Positions 7,316 through 15,405 of a DNA stretch of 20,627 nt are shown here, piece by piece. Source of the stretch: a virus. The notes under the pieces were generated by a model. It ran no database searches. It was not told where the DNA came from and saw only the letters and a list, made by a program, of their open reading frames with translations. Every line of letters begins with the position of its first letter. Within the stretch, counting starts at the first letter, position 1. A program made the translations under genes and the position numbers. The DNA lies in the IMG/VR virus record IMGVR_UViG_3300044820_000144, positions 115,592-136,218 of that record; one strand, 5' to 3'.

Positions 7316-7513
7316 TCATCGAAACGGTGCAGTCGTGGTCATGGCGTCGGGGCGCCCGGCCCGGCAGGGCGGGCAGGGCAGCGGGTGGCCGTACACGGTG
7401 GCCAGCCTGTAGCAGTCCATGCCGTCGTCGGGGTGGCACAGCGGATCATCGTTCACGAACGCCGTGCCGCGCACCGGCCGGCCGCAGTGCGCGCACGCCG
7501 GCGGGCCCATCAC
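7316..7513 (-). CDS. small zinc-binding protein
   Basis: CAHC...LCHPD...DCYRL...H..CPPC; GTGA coupling. Confidence 0.75.
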   Translation of the reverse strand: MMGPPACAHCGRPVRGTAFVNDDPLCHPDDGMDCYRLATVYGHPLPCPPCRAGRPDAMTTTAPFR

Positions 7514-8082
7514 CCGTCCATGCCGCGGGCCCAGCGGATCACGTCGACAGCGAGCCGGGCCCGCTCGGCCAGGGTCCTGGCCGCCTTCTCCACTTCGGTC
7601 ACGACGTCCTCCTCAGTCCAGACGCGGTCACCGGGTAGGGGAGGTAGTCGATCCAGCAGTTCGTCGAACTCCAGCTTCAGCATGACGTCCTGCACGCATC
7701 CGGCCCTCTCCCCATGGCGTATCCGGTCTTCGGCCGACCAGCGGTCCCCGGCGTGTCCGGTGTCGAAGCCGACCCATCCCTCCAGGTCTGGTCCGTAGGT
7801 CCAGCCCCCGGGGACGGGGACGTCCACGTGGTCGTAGCCTCGGACGTAGTTGATCCCGGGCCGGCCGTCGGGCCAGAGGAACGGCTGGCCGGGCAGCATC
7901 TCCGCCGCCTCGGCGAGGAGCAGGTCTGGATGGTCGACCGGCAGTCTCACGTACCCGTTCAGGTTGCCGAACGGGGACACGTACAGGCAGCAGGGCAGGC
8001 CGTCGACCACCCACGCCCGGTAGACCTCGCGGTTGCTGAACTGGGCGATCTGGATCCCCGGCTGGTCGGGTTGGTGGGTCAT
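7510..8082 (-). CDS. conserved phage hypothetical protein
   Basis: NGYV.LP.DHP...V.VPGGWTY...WVGFDTGH.GD matches a widespread uncharacterised phage family (recalled); ATGA coupling. Confidence 0.85.
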   Translation of the reverse strand: MTHQPDQPGIQIAQFSNREVYRAWVVDGLPCCLYVSPFGNLNGYVRLPVDHPDLLLAEAAEMLPGQPFLWPDGRPGINYVRGYDHVDVPVPGGWTYGPDLEGWVGFDTGHAGDRWSAEDRIRHGERAGCVQDVMLKLEFDELLDRLPPLPGDRVWTEEDVVTEVEKAARTLAERARLAVDVIRWARGMDG

Positions 8083-8612
8083 CGTGCCTCCAGGCGCTGG
8101 CGTGCGCGCAGGGCAGCCGCCACCAACTGCTCGGCGATCGCCTCGCTCCCGCTGCTCGTGAACTGGATCAGCAGGCGCATCACCTGCGGATCCTCCAGGA
8201 CCCTCTCGTCCTCCAGGTCGAACTCCTGCCCACCCCCGATGGTCATGGATCGGACCAGCAGGCGCATCACCTCAGCCAGGCTCAACCGGGGCCCGGTCCG
8301 CTCGCACCCGTACTGGCAGGCCAGGTCACCCCGCCCGTTGCCCCACACCCGGCAGATCAGCGGACGCACGTCGTAGACGGTGCACCGCCCCCACCGGTCC
8401 AGGGCAGCACAGTGCAGCTGCGCGCCGGCGTTCCACGCCTGCGCCCGGACCGAGGAGAACGGCTCGATGTGCACGCCCCGCGCTTCGATCCGCTCACGCT
8501 CCGCCTCGGACATGTTGATCGGCCCGCACGCGCTCCAGCACAGCCCCTGACACTGGATCGTGGGCAGCTCCGCGTACAGGGCCTCCAGGGCCGCGATGGT
8601 CGCCTCGTTCAT
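8079..8612 (-). CDS. YkgJ family Cys-cluster (Zn/Fe-chelating) protein
   Basis: CQGLCWSACG...CAALD..GRCTVYDVRPLICR..G signature. Confidence 0.85.
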   Translation of the reverse strand: MNEATIAALEALYAELPTIQCQGLCWSACGPINMSEAERERIEARGVHIEPFSSVRAQAWNAGAQLHCAALDRWGRCTVYDVRPLICRVWGNGRGDLACQYGCERTGPRLSLAEVMRLLVRSMTIGGGQEFDLEDERVLEDPQVMRLLIQFTSSGSEAIAEQLVAAALRARQRLEAR

Positions 8613-9358
8613 CGCGGTCCGTCCGGGTCCAGGGCCCGCAGCGTGTAGTACCCCGCCGCCTTGATCTCTTTCCGGTACTTGACCAGCTGGTGCACGCACC
8701 GCCCCGACGCCTTCGCGTGGAACGTGACCGGCGGCCCGTCGGGCACGTACAGGTTCCAGGTGAACGTCTCACGGGCCTGACGGGGCGTCACCACCCCCAA
8801 GCAGGCCGGGCACCTGGTGGGGTCGGCGTACCGCTCCATCTGCTCGATCTGCACGTTGGCGCGCTCCACCTCCACCTCCTCACGGCACGGCGACGGCTCC
8901 CCGCACGCCCGGCACACCGGGTAGTGCTCATTCGGGTAGAAGTCGAACGAGCCCTGGTTCCCGTGCCAGAGCCACCCCCGGAACTCCAGGCCCTGGCGCT
9001 CGGCGACGTCGCGGGCCTTCACCGGGTCGACGGGACGCGGGTGCGGCGCGAACCAGTACATCGCCGGGCCCCGGCCGCCGAACAGGTGCTGGTCCCACCA
9101 GCGGGCCAGCCTGTCCTTGCCCTGCAGCTGGGACTTCGCCTCGGCGATCTCCAGCCGGGCGCGGGCCACGAAGACCCGTTCGTCCTCGGTCCACTCGTCC
9201 TCGGGGATCTCCTGAATCTCGATCAGCTCGTACACCCGGTGCGCCCAGGGGATCAGGGTGCCGATCGCGAACTCGTCGGTCTCGGGTGCACCTGGGCGCC
9301 GCGTGAACCAGGAGACGACGCCGCGGGGGCGCCAGTCGTAGGGCAGACCGTGACTCAT
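8609..9358 (-). CDS. hypothetical protein with two Cys/His knuckles
   Basis: HYPVCRACGEPSPC and CPAC...FH...C; ATGA overlaps at both ends. Confidence 0.85.
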   Translation of the reverse strand: MSHGLPYDWRPRGVVSWFTRRPGAPETDEFAIGTLIPWAHRVYELIEIQEIPEDEWTEDERVFVARARLEIAEAKSQLQGKDRLARWWDQHLFGGRGPAMYWFAPHPRPVDPVKARDVAERQGLEFRGWLWHGNQGSFDFYPNEHYPVCRACGEPSPCREEVEVERANVQIEQMERYADPTRCPACLGVVTPRQARETFTWNLYVPDGPPVTFHAKASGRCVHQLVKYRKEIKAAGYYTLRALDPDGPR

Positions 9359-9513
9359 GACAGCCGTGTCGCCCCCCGCTCGAAGCCTTCGGCGATCCCC
9401 CGCAGCGTCTCGGCCAGGTGCTCGGTGGTTAGGCCGTGGGCGGACCACACTGCGACGGTCCCGTCCGTGAGCAGGGAGACCGTGAGGATGGCCTCGGGGT
9501 GAGATTCGGACAC
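9355..9513 (-). CDS. 52-aa hypothetical protein (not in the ORF track)
   Basis: MSESHPEAILTVSLLTDGTVAVWSAHGLTTEHLAETLRGIAEGFERGATRLS. GTG lies 6 nt after TAGGCT; ATGA overlap with the 9358 gene. Confidence 0.75.
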   Translation of the reverse strand: MSESHPEAILTVSLLTDGTVAVWSAHGLTTEHLAETLRGIAEGFERGATRLS

Positions 9514-9581
9514 CCACACAGCCTAGACATCGTTACCCTATGGTGTCTGCTTGTCACCCCATCGTGTTCGACGGAGGCATC

Positions 9582-9806
9582 ATGGGCACCCTGAAGACGC
9601 TCAGCCACGAAGGCGACACCCGGATCAGCTGGGACGCCGACAACCCCGACGAGGTCGCGGTCGCCCGCGAGGCGTTCCTGCGCCTGATTCGCAGGGGCTA
9701 CCTCGCGTACACCGCCGACGGCGACGAGGCTCGCGGTAGCCAGATCCACGCCTTCGACCCCGAAGCGGAGACCGTCGTCCTGGTGCCGGCGCTGCAGGGC
9801 GGCTGA
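9582..9806 (+). CDS. small Gly-Gly-terminated protein, putative ubiquitin-like (beta-grasp) fold
   Basis: GGAGG RBS; 74 aa; apparent beta-beta-alpha-beta-beta-beta pattern; ends ETVVLVPALQGG-stop. The gene is well supported, the fold is inferred. Confidence 0.7.
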   Translation: MGTLKTLSHEGDTRISWDADNPDEVAVAREAFLRLIRRGYLAYTADGDEARGSQIHAFDPEAETVVLVPALQGG

Positions 9807-9808
9807 CC

Positions 9809-10396
9809 GTGCCGTGGTTCGACGAGGGCTTGGCCTACCCCACTACCCCCTTGACCGCCCCCTACGTCCAGCTGTGGACGGTGACCAGCACGAGCATCTC
9901 CACCATGGGGTGGAACCCCGTCGCCGACACCGCGGCCAGCTGGACCACCACGAGCACCTGGGCCTGGCGCGTGGACAGCTGGACCATGCAATCCGGGTGG
10001 CCCATGCTGATCAGCAACGGGGTGCCCCCACCGCAGCCGGTCCTGGTCGAGACACCGGACGAGGTCCTGGTCCGGCGGGCGGCTAGGGCTGCGGCGTTCG
10101 ATCGGGCGGAGGAGTTGCTGCTGTCCCTGTGCAGCGCCGACCAGCGGGCCACCTACCGGGCGGAGGGATGGATCGATGGGCTGACCAACAAGGGGACTCC
10201 CTACCGGATCCAGTGCCGGATGGGGATCTCGGGGAACGTCGAGCTGTTCCGCGGGGACCACTGGGTCTGCCTGTGCGCCCACCCCCCGGCGTCCCTGCCC
10301 CTCGCGGACATCCTGCTGGGCCAGAAACTGGCCCTGGAGACCGACGAGGACTACTTCGTGTCCACCGCCAACGTCCACGGCCGCAGAGCCGCGTGA
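9809..10396 (+). CDS. hypothetical protein with S/T/W-rich N-terminus and CxCxHP...D..LxQK C-terminal domain
   Basis: Starts 2 bp after the GG-protein stop; contains RAEELL, YRI, GNV, CLCAHP, LPLADILLGQKLALETDE and TAN motifs. Confidence 0.8.
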   Translation: MPWFDEGLAYPTTPLTAPYVQLWTVTSTSISTMGWNPVADTAASWTTTSTWAWRVDSWTMQSGWPMLISNGVPPPQPVLVETPDEVLVRRAARAAAFDRAEELLLSLCSADQRATYRAEGWIDGLTNKGTPYRIQCRMGISGNVELFRGDHWVCLCAHPPASLPLADILLGQKLALETDEDYFVSTANVHGRRAA

Positions 10397-10411
10397 ACCT
10401 CGGGGAGCACC

Positions 10412-10621
10412 ATGACCGACCAGCCGCCAGATCCGCTCGCCGGCCCGCCCAAGAAGACGATCGAGGTCGTGGTGGCCCGCCTGTCCCTGCCGTGTGGCAT
10501 TCGCGGCCTCGATGTCCTGTGCACCGGCCTGGAGGAGATGTACGGGGGCCCGCTGTACTTCCGGTCCGATGGCACCGACCCGCCCAATGAGCTGGTCATC
10601 GTCCGGAAGGAGGCCCCGTGA
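10412..10621 (+). CDS. hypothetical protein
   Basis: GGGGAG RBS; 69 aa; GTGA coupling to the next gene. Confidence 0.75.
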   Translation: MTDQPPDPLAGPPKKTIEVVVARLSLPCGIRGLDVLCTGLEEMYGGPLYFRSDGTDPPNELVIVRKEAP

Positions 10622-11013
10622 CCCGCATCACCCAGGAGGAGGTGAACGCCATCGTCCTGGCGCTGGTCGGGGACGAGGACCTCACCGAGTTCGCGCGGGT
10701 CGCCGAAGCCATCCGCGCCGGCGCCGTGGAGGTGACCGTGCGACAGCACTCGGTCAGCCTGCGGGTCCTGCCGCGCGGGGCACGAGCAGACTTCGCACAG
10801 CGGCTGCGCGAGCTGCGGGAGGCCGCGGGCAAGACCGTGGACCAGATCAGCGCCGAGATCGAGGTCTCCGATTCGTCCCTGATCCGCGCCCTGAACGGTT
10901 ACGCCCTGCCCCAGTGGCCCATCATCAGGGCCCTGATCGAGGCATGCGGCGGCAGCCCCGAGGACTACCGGGCGGACTGGCGCGCGGCCTACGACGACCG
11001 GGCGCGGGGATGA
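10618..11013 (+). CDS. XRE-type helix-turn-helix protein with an extra N-terminal module
   Basis: FAQRLRELREAAGKTVDQIS...VSDSSLIRALNG..LP.W...ALIEACG fits the actinobacterial XRE HTH pattern; AAGGAGG RBS. Confidence 0.85.
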   Translation: MTRITQEEVNAIVLALVGDEDLTEFARVAEAIRAGAVEVTVRQHSVSLRVLPRGARADFAQRLRELREAAGKTVDQISAEIEVSDSSLIRALNGYALPQWPIIRALIEACGGSPEDYRADWRAAYDDRARG

Positions 11014-11282
11014 CTGGCCCGTGGCGGGGCTGGTCGAGGGACTGGTGCTGCCGGCCCAACGCCTCCACCGTCCGCTGGTACACCAGCCGCCATGCCTGGG
11101 TGTGCCTGGGCGACCTCGTCACGAAGTGCCGGGTGCGGCGCCTGTGCGAGGCCCACGAACGGTGGATCGACCCGCCCACCAACCCCTACGCCCACCTGCA
11201 CGTCAGTACCTGCCAGCCATCTGCCTGCCCAGCCTGCTGGTGGAACGCCGGGTGGCGCCCCGACCACCTCGACCAGGGGTGA
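11010..11282 (+). CDS. small Cys/Trp-rich hypothetical protein
   Basis: ATGA coupling at 11010; MTGPWRGWSRDWCC...LCEAH...CQPSACPACWW. Confidence 0.55.
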   Translation: MTGPWRGWSRDWCCRPNASTVRWYTSRHAWVCLGDLVTKCRVRRLCEAHERWIDPPTNPYAHLHVSTCQPSACPACWWNAGWRPDHLDQG

Positions 11283-11286
11283 GCGG

Positions 11287-11742
11287 TTACTGCGGCGTGA
11301 CGATCCGCGGACCCGTCGGGGCGGTACCGGCGTGGGTGGCCCGCACGACGGCGTTCATCTGGGTGACCAGCTGGTGCAGGTCCCCCTGGCAGGTGTCGAT
11401 GTCGGCGAGCAGGTGGTGCAGGTCGTTCTGCGCGTCGGTCAGCTCCGCCACCACGTGGGACAGGTGAGCCAGGGCCTGGGCGGTCTCCTCGTGGGTGGCG
11501 TTGATCGTCGCCTCGGTCCGGGCCGTGGCCAGCTTGGAGCCCAGCAGGATCACCGACAGCAGGACCAGCTGCAGGAACGTCTGCGCGGTCCACGCCACGA
11601 TGATGATGAGGCTGCCGGTGCCCAGCGCGGCCGGCAGCGACACCAACGCCAACCCGGCGAACACGTAGGCGCACGCCATCGTGCCCACCGCCTCGGTGAT
11701 GATCAGGGCAACCCGTTCGTTGAACGCCCTCACCCCGCTCAC
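11287..11742 (-). CDS. DUF1003-like membrane protein with C-terminal coiled coil
   Basis: FNERVALIITEAVGTMACAYVF...IVAWTAQTFLQLVLLSVI pattern; GTGA coupling to the peptidase. Confidence 0.8.
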   Translation of the reverse strand: MSGVRAFNERVALIITEAVGTMACAYVFAGLALVSLPAALGTGSLIIIVAWTAQTFLQLVLLSVILLGSKLATARTEATINATHEETAQALAHLSHVVAELTDAQNDLHHLLADIDTCQGDLHQLVTQMNAVVRATHAGTAPTGPRIVTPQ

Positions 11743-12674
11743 AGCCCGACCGCCGTCAGCCACGCACGCGCCGCGCCCGCCAGACGAGCCGAGTAGCCCG
11801 CGTGCGGGCGATCCACCCAGCCCTGCTCGCGCAGCACCGCAGCCAGCGCCGCAGCCTCCGGTCCCACCGGCGCCGGCACAGGACCCGGCACGGGAGGCAC
11901 CGGCACGGGCAGGGGGGAGACGGGAAACGGGTTGGGCTCACCGGTCAGCGCGGCCAGCTCCTCCCCGAGCCCGTGCAGATCGACCCCCGACGGCGTCGTC
12001 CCGGCCGCCGTCAACCACTCCGGCGTGATCACAGCCCACGCCTCGTCGATGTACACGGCCGCGAAGTCCGGGAGCATCGACTGCACCCGACCCCACGTGG
12101 TCGCGCGGTACTGGCGGGGATCGAACGCACCCGCGTGGATGGCGTGGCCGCCCTCGATGCCGCCGTCCTTGCGTACCAGCGCCCACGGCTTGCCGGCGTT
12201 GAACTGGGTCATCGCGACCCGCGGGAACTTGATCCCCACCTGCAGCGACCCGAACACGTCGATCGCTGCCTTCATCGCGGCCGGGTCGGTGTGGTCGACC
12301 TTCGCGAACGCCAGGATCCTGTGCCCGGCGACGCCGGTCTTGCGCCAGTACGACAGGGCGTCCTGCATCACCGTGCCCTGGTCGGTGGCCGGGTCGTCGC
12401 GGTTGAAGCCCGTGACGTCGGCGTAGCCCTGCAGCAGGGCCTCCAGGCTCACCTCCACCGGCGACCCGGCGTAGGTGGTCCACGCGATGATCGCGTGGCC
12501 GATCGCCGCCCACACGCAGTCGCCGTACTGGTCGTTGCCGTACATCGGCCACGAGCCGACCTTCGACAGCCAGTCCCGCTGCTCCGGCGTGGTGGGCGCC
12601 CCGGTCAGGTGCGGGGCCAGGCGCAGCGCCGGCTTGGTGGGGTCCGGGTCGAGCTTGCCGTGGAAGAGGGTCAT
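11739..12674 (-). CDS. papain-like cysteine peptidase (candidate lysin)
   Basis: DW...MYGNDQYGDC (Cys), GGHAI (His) and TWG, then a Pro-rich linker and a short C-terminal helical domain. Confidence 0.75.
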   Translation of the reverse strand: MTLFHGKLDPDPTKPALRLAPHLTGAPTTPEQRDWLSKVGSWPMYGNDQYGDCVWAAIGHAIIAWTTYAGSPVEVSLEALLQGYADVTGFNRDDPATDQGTVMQDALSYWRKTGVAGHRILAFAKVDHTDPAAMKAAIDVFGSLQVGIKFPRVAMTQFNAGKPWALVRKDGGIEGGHAIHAGAFDPRQYRATTWGRVQSMLPDFAAVYIDEAWAVITPEWLTAAGTTPSGVDLHGLGEELAALTGEPNPFPVSPLPVPVPPVPGPVPAPVGPEAAALAAVLREQGWVDRPHAGYSARLAGAARAWLTAVGL

Positions 12675-12802
12675 GCCCCCAGGTTTCGACGCCGGCCCAC
12701 GCCGAATGCGCTCCCCATGTTCCCGTTTACCGAACCCGGGCGGCCCCGAAACCCCTTTTCAAAAAATGAAAATGGCGGATTCGAGTCGACTGTTAAGGCG
12801 GG

Positions 12803-13045
12803 TTATCGGGCTGTGGCCTTGCGGACGCAGGGCGCGGCGTCGATCCGGGACCGCTCGTCATCGGGCAGCTGGTCCTCACCCATCATGACGGCGATCTCCG
12901 CCTCGGCCGCGTCCACCGTTGTGGCGTCCAGCAGGCCGGCGGCGCCGGCCGCGACGTCTTCGCGCTTCAGGTGTGCGCACCCCTCGCGGTGCAGCACCCA
13001 GGCACCCTTGCCGGTGACGATCCAGATCAGCCGCCTGGCCTCCAC
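12803..13045 (-). CDS. hypothetical protein
   Basis: GAGGAGG RBS 5 nt before GTG 13045; VLHREGCAH...APCV pattern. Alternative start at ATG 13117. Confidence 0.7.
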   Translation of the reverse strand: MEARRLIWIVTGKGAWVLHREGCAHLKREDVAAGAAGLLDATTVDAAEAEIAVMMGEDQLPDDERSRIDAAPCVRKATAR

Positions 13046-13125
13046 CGCTGCCTCCTCGTCCCGGGGGCGCCATCGTAGCGAGCCATGCTGACCCTTACGG
13101 GCGCAACGGGTCAGCATGGCTCCTG

Positions 13126-13485
13126 CTAGTGCAACCTTCCGGGGTACCCCTCCTGACGCAGCCGCCGCCGTCGGTGGCTGCGCGGCCCACAGCTCGGACA
13201 CCAGGGTCCGGTGACGGTGCCGTCGTCGAACTCCAGGCACTCGGCCTCGTCCAGATCCTCGGGGCTGAAGCTGCGCCCGCAGTGGGCGCAGCTGGTCCAC
13301 TCCACCTCCTCCCGCGGGCGGGCCGGGGTCGCGCGCACGGTCATCCCCTCCTCGGTGACCGTGATCACGACCTGGCCGTCGCGGATGCCCTGCAGGACGA
13401 CCTCATAGTCAGCGGGCTCACCCCGAAAGATCATCTTCTCGGCGGCCTCGTTGATGAACTCCTGGCTGATCGGGGTGGGGCTCAT
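13126..13485 (-). CDS. zinc-ribbon protein with an N-terminal module shared with 10618-11013
   Basis: CAHC...WCPSC; ungapped N-terminal similarity to the XRE protein. Confidence 0.8.
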   Translation of the reverse strand: MSPTPISQEFINEAAEKMIFRGEPADYEVVLQGIRDGQVVITVTEEGMTVRATPARPREEVEWTSCAHCGRSFSPEDLDEAECLEFDDGTVTGPWCPSCGPRSHRRRRLRQEGYPGRLH

Positions 13486-13712
13486 AGCCAGCTCTCCACC
13501 ACGACCGGCGGGTCGCTCGGGTCGCGGGGGAAGGGCGTGTCGGCCTGCGGCGGGATCGCCGCCCGCGCCGACTCCAGGTCATCGGTGACGGCCAGGATCC
13601 GCCCCGGGTGGGGGCCGCCCGGTCCCACGACGTGCTCGCGGACCAGGAACTCGGCCTCCGGGTAGTCATCGGGCCGGTGGTAGATCGTGTAGACGGACAG
13701 GCTGCCGGGCAT
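13482..13712 (-). CDS. conserved phage hypothetical protein
   Basis: YTIYHRPDDYP...LESARAAIP...RDPSDPPVVVESWL pattern of a widespread small uncharacterised family (recalled). Confidence 0.85.
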   Translation of the reverse strand: MPGSLSVYTIYHRPDDYPEAEFLVREHVVGPGGPHPGRILAVTDDLESARAAIPPQADTPFPRDPSDPPVVVESWL

Positions 13713-13718
13713 GAGCGT

Positions 13719-14066
13719 TCAGCCCCGACGCAGGGCGGCGGCCTCGATGGCCTCCTGCTCGGTCATCCCGGTGTGCGGGTCGACGTTGTGGATGCGACGC
13801 AGCAGGGTCACGACCTGCCCGTCCACGTAGTTGTTCATCGCCGACTCCTGGTCCATGTTCAGCAGACGCCGCAGGGCCACCAGCTGCTGCACGTTCAGGC
13901 TGTCCAGCAGGTCGTTCACGCTGGCCTCCCGCTCGTCCGCGGCCATCCTGGCCCGCCGGGGGTCTGGGAACACCCCGTCGGGGACGGGGATCGCGATCCC
14001 GTGGAAGTGCGGGCCCGTGGGGTGGTCGTTGTTGCCGTCGTTGCCGTTGGTGGCGTCGTCGCTCAC
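13719..14066 (-). CDS. hypothetical protein
   Basis: GTG 14066 in GTGA overlap with GGAG RBS; helical C-terminal half. Confidence 0.8.
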   Translation of the reverse strand: MSDDATNGNDGNNDHPTGPHFHGIAIPVPDGVFPDPRRARMAADEREASVNDLLDSLNVQQLVALRRLLNMDQESAMNNYVDGQVVTLLRRIHNVDPHTGMTEQEAIEAAALRRG

Positions 14067-14347
14067 TGCGGGGTCTCCAGGAAGGTGTCGAGGGTGGCCC
14101 GGATCTGGGCCTGGGCTTCGAGCAGCCATGCCTGCTCGTCGGGGATGATGGCGTCGCCGGCGAAGTCGTAGTCCAGCTCGTGCAGCAGCCGGGCGATCAC
14201 TTCGAGCATCGCGGCCATGGCGCCGCGGGCCGCCGGCATCGGTAGGGGAGGGTCGCCGTGGGCGTGCCAGCGGGCGTGGCCCCGCCGGACCTCGTCGGCC
14301 AGGTCGTTGAGCCGGAAGTCCGCGTAGTCCCACGTGCCGCCGCTCAC
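14063..14347 (-). CDS. phage hypothetical protein (MSGGxxDY family)
   Basis: MSGGTWDY...LHELDYDFAGD; GTGA coupling. Confidence 0.8.
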   Translation of the reverse strand: MSGGTWDYADFRLNDLADEVRRGHARWHAHGDPPLPMPAARGAMAAMLEVIARLLHELDYDFAGDAIIPDEQAWLLEAQAQIRATLDTFLETPQ

Positions 14348-15393
14348 GGCCCCCCCTTGTCGTCGGGCTTGTCGTCGTCGCTGCCGTCGGTTTCGGGCTC
14401 GTCGGCGGCGTGGAACGCGCGTCGGAAGTGGTCGTACGCCTCGCTCCGGCGCCCGGTGTCGCCGCCGCGGTAGGCGCGGTAGGCGTCGTTCAGCGCCGAG
14501 TCGGAGAACTCCGGCACCTGCTCGGCCACGTAGGCCGCGCTCTTGGGCCCCAGGGGTCGCCGGCCTTCGCGCCGCAACCGCTCGTTGGTGGCCAGGCTGG
14601 CTGCCGAGCGGCGTTGGTAGCTGCCCGCATGGAACTCCTCGACGATCGCCGTCCACTTGGGCAGCTCCGAGGCCGGCAGGTACATCACCCTGCCCCGGGT
14701 CTCCCATGCCAGGTCGTCGAGGTGCTCGTCGCGAAGCTTCGCCGCGGTGTCGGCTCCGATGCCGGAGTAGAGCGCCAGGTCGGAGAACTTCACCCGGTCC
14801 GCGGTGAGGACCGCCTCGCGTTGGGCGGCCAGTCGGGCGCGGGCCGCTTCCTCGATCGCCAGCGTCATCTCCGCCGTGGGCCTGAACAGACGCCGCTCGA
14901 CCTCGGGCAGGTCGTAGATGTACGTGACCTTGCCGACCTGCTCGGTCGTCACCGGTGGTTCGGCGGCGATCGCGTCGAGGATCCGGTGGCGGTGCACCCC
15001 GAACCGGGTGGCCAGGGCACCCACGCTGCCGCGCCGCGGGCGCAGGTCCCGGATCTTCCACCCGCCGATCGACCAGCCCAGCTCCGGGACGGGCCAGACG
15101 TCGGCCTCCCATGTCCGGTCCCGGATCCGGTTGGCGACCAGGATCCGGACGATGGCCCGCTTCCCGCCCCGGATCAGGTCGGGGACGGGACGTCCGTCGT
15201 CCGGGTCGCGGTCCTCGCCGTGGCGGGTCCGCAGCGACCGCCTGCGGTCGGCTTCGGCGTGCCGCAGCGCGACCCCCGGGGCGATCTTCTTCTCCATCTC
15301 CCGGATCAGTTCCCGGCCGTCGTGCCATTCCCCGTCAGCGAGGATCTCGTCGGCCCGCTCCACCCACGGGTGGCGGACGATAGGTGCACTCAC
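14344..15393 (-). CDS. putative multi-domain DNA-binding protein
   Basis: N-terminal ILADGEWH wHTH-like start plus two internal HTH/wing-like segments. Confidence 0.8.
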   Translation of the reverse strand: MSAPIVRHPWVERADEILADGEWHDGRELIREMEKKIAPGVALRHAEADRRRSLRTRHGEDRDPDDGRPVPDLIRGGKRAIVRILVANRIRDRTWEADVWPVPELGWSIGGWKIRDLRPRRGSVGALATRFGVHRHRILDAIAAEPPVTTEQVGKVTYIYDLPEVERRLFRPTAEMTLAIEEAARARLAAQREAVLTADRVKFSDLALYSGIGADTAAKLRDEHLDDLAWETRGRVMYLPASELPKWTAIVEEFHAGSYQRRSAASLATNERLRREGRRPLGPKSAAYVAEQVPEFSDSALNDAYRAYRGGDTGRRSEAYDHFRRAFHAADEPETDGSDDDKPDDKGGP

Positions 15394-15405
15394 GATCTGT
15401 TGGCC

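Noticed and set aside
12770-12800. tRNA-like ggattcgagtc / T-arm-like motif
   Set aside because: I could not build a cloverleaf or acceptor stem on either strand.
11802-13091. 429-aa plus-strand ORF
   Set aside because: Arg/His-rich shadow opposite the motif-bearing peptidase gene.
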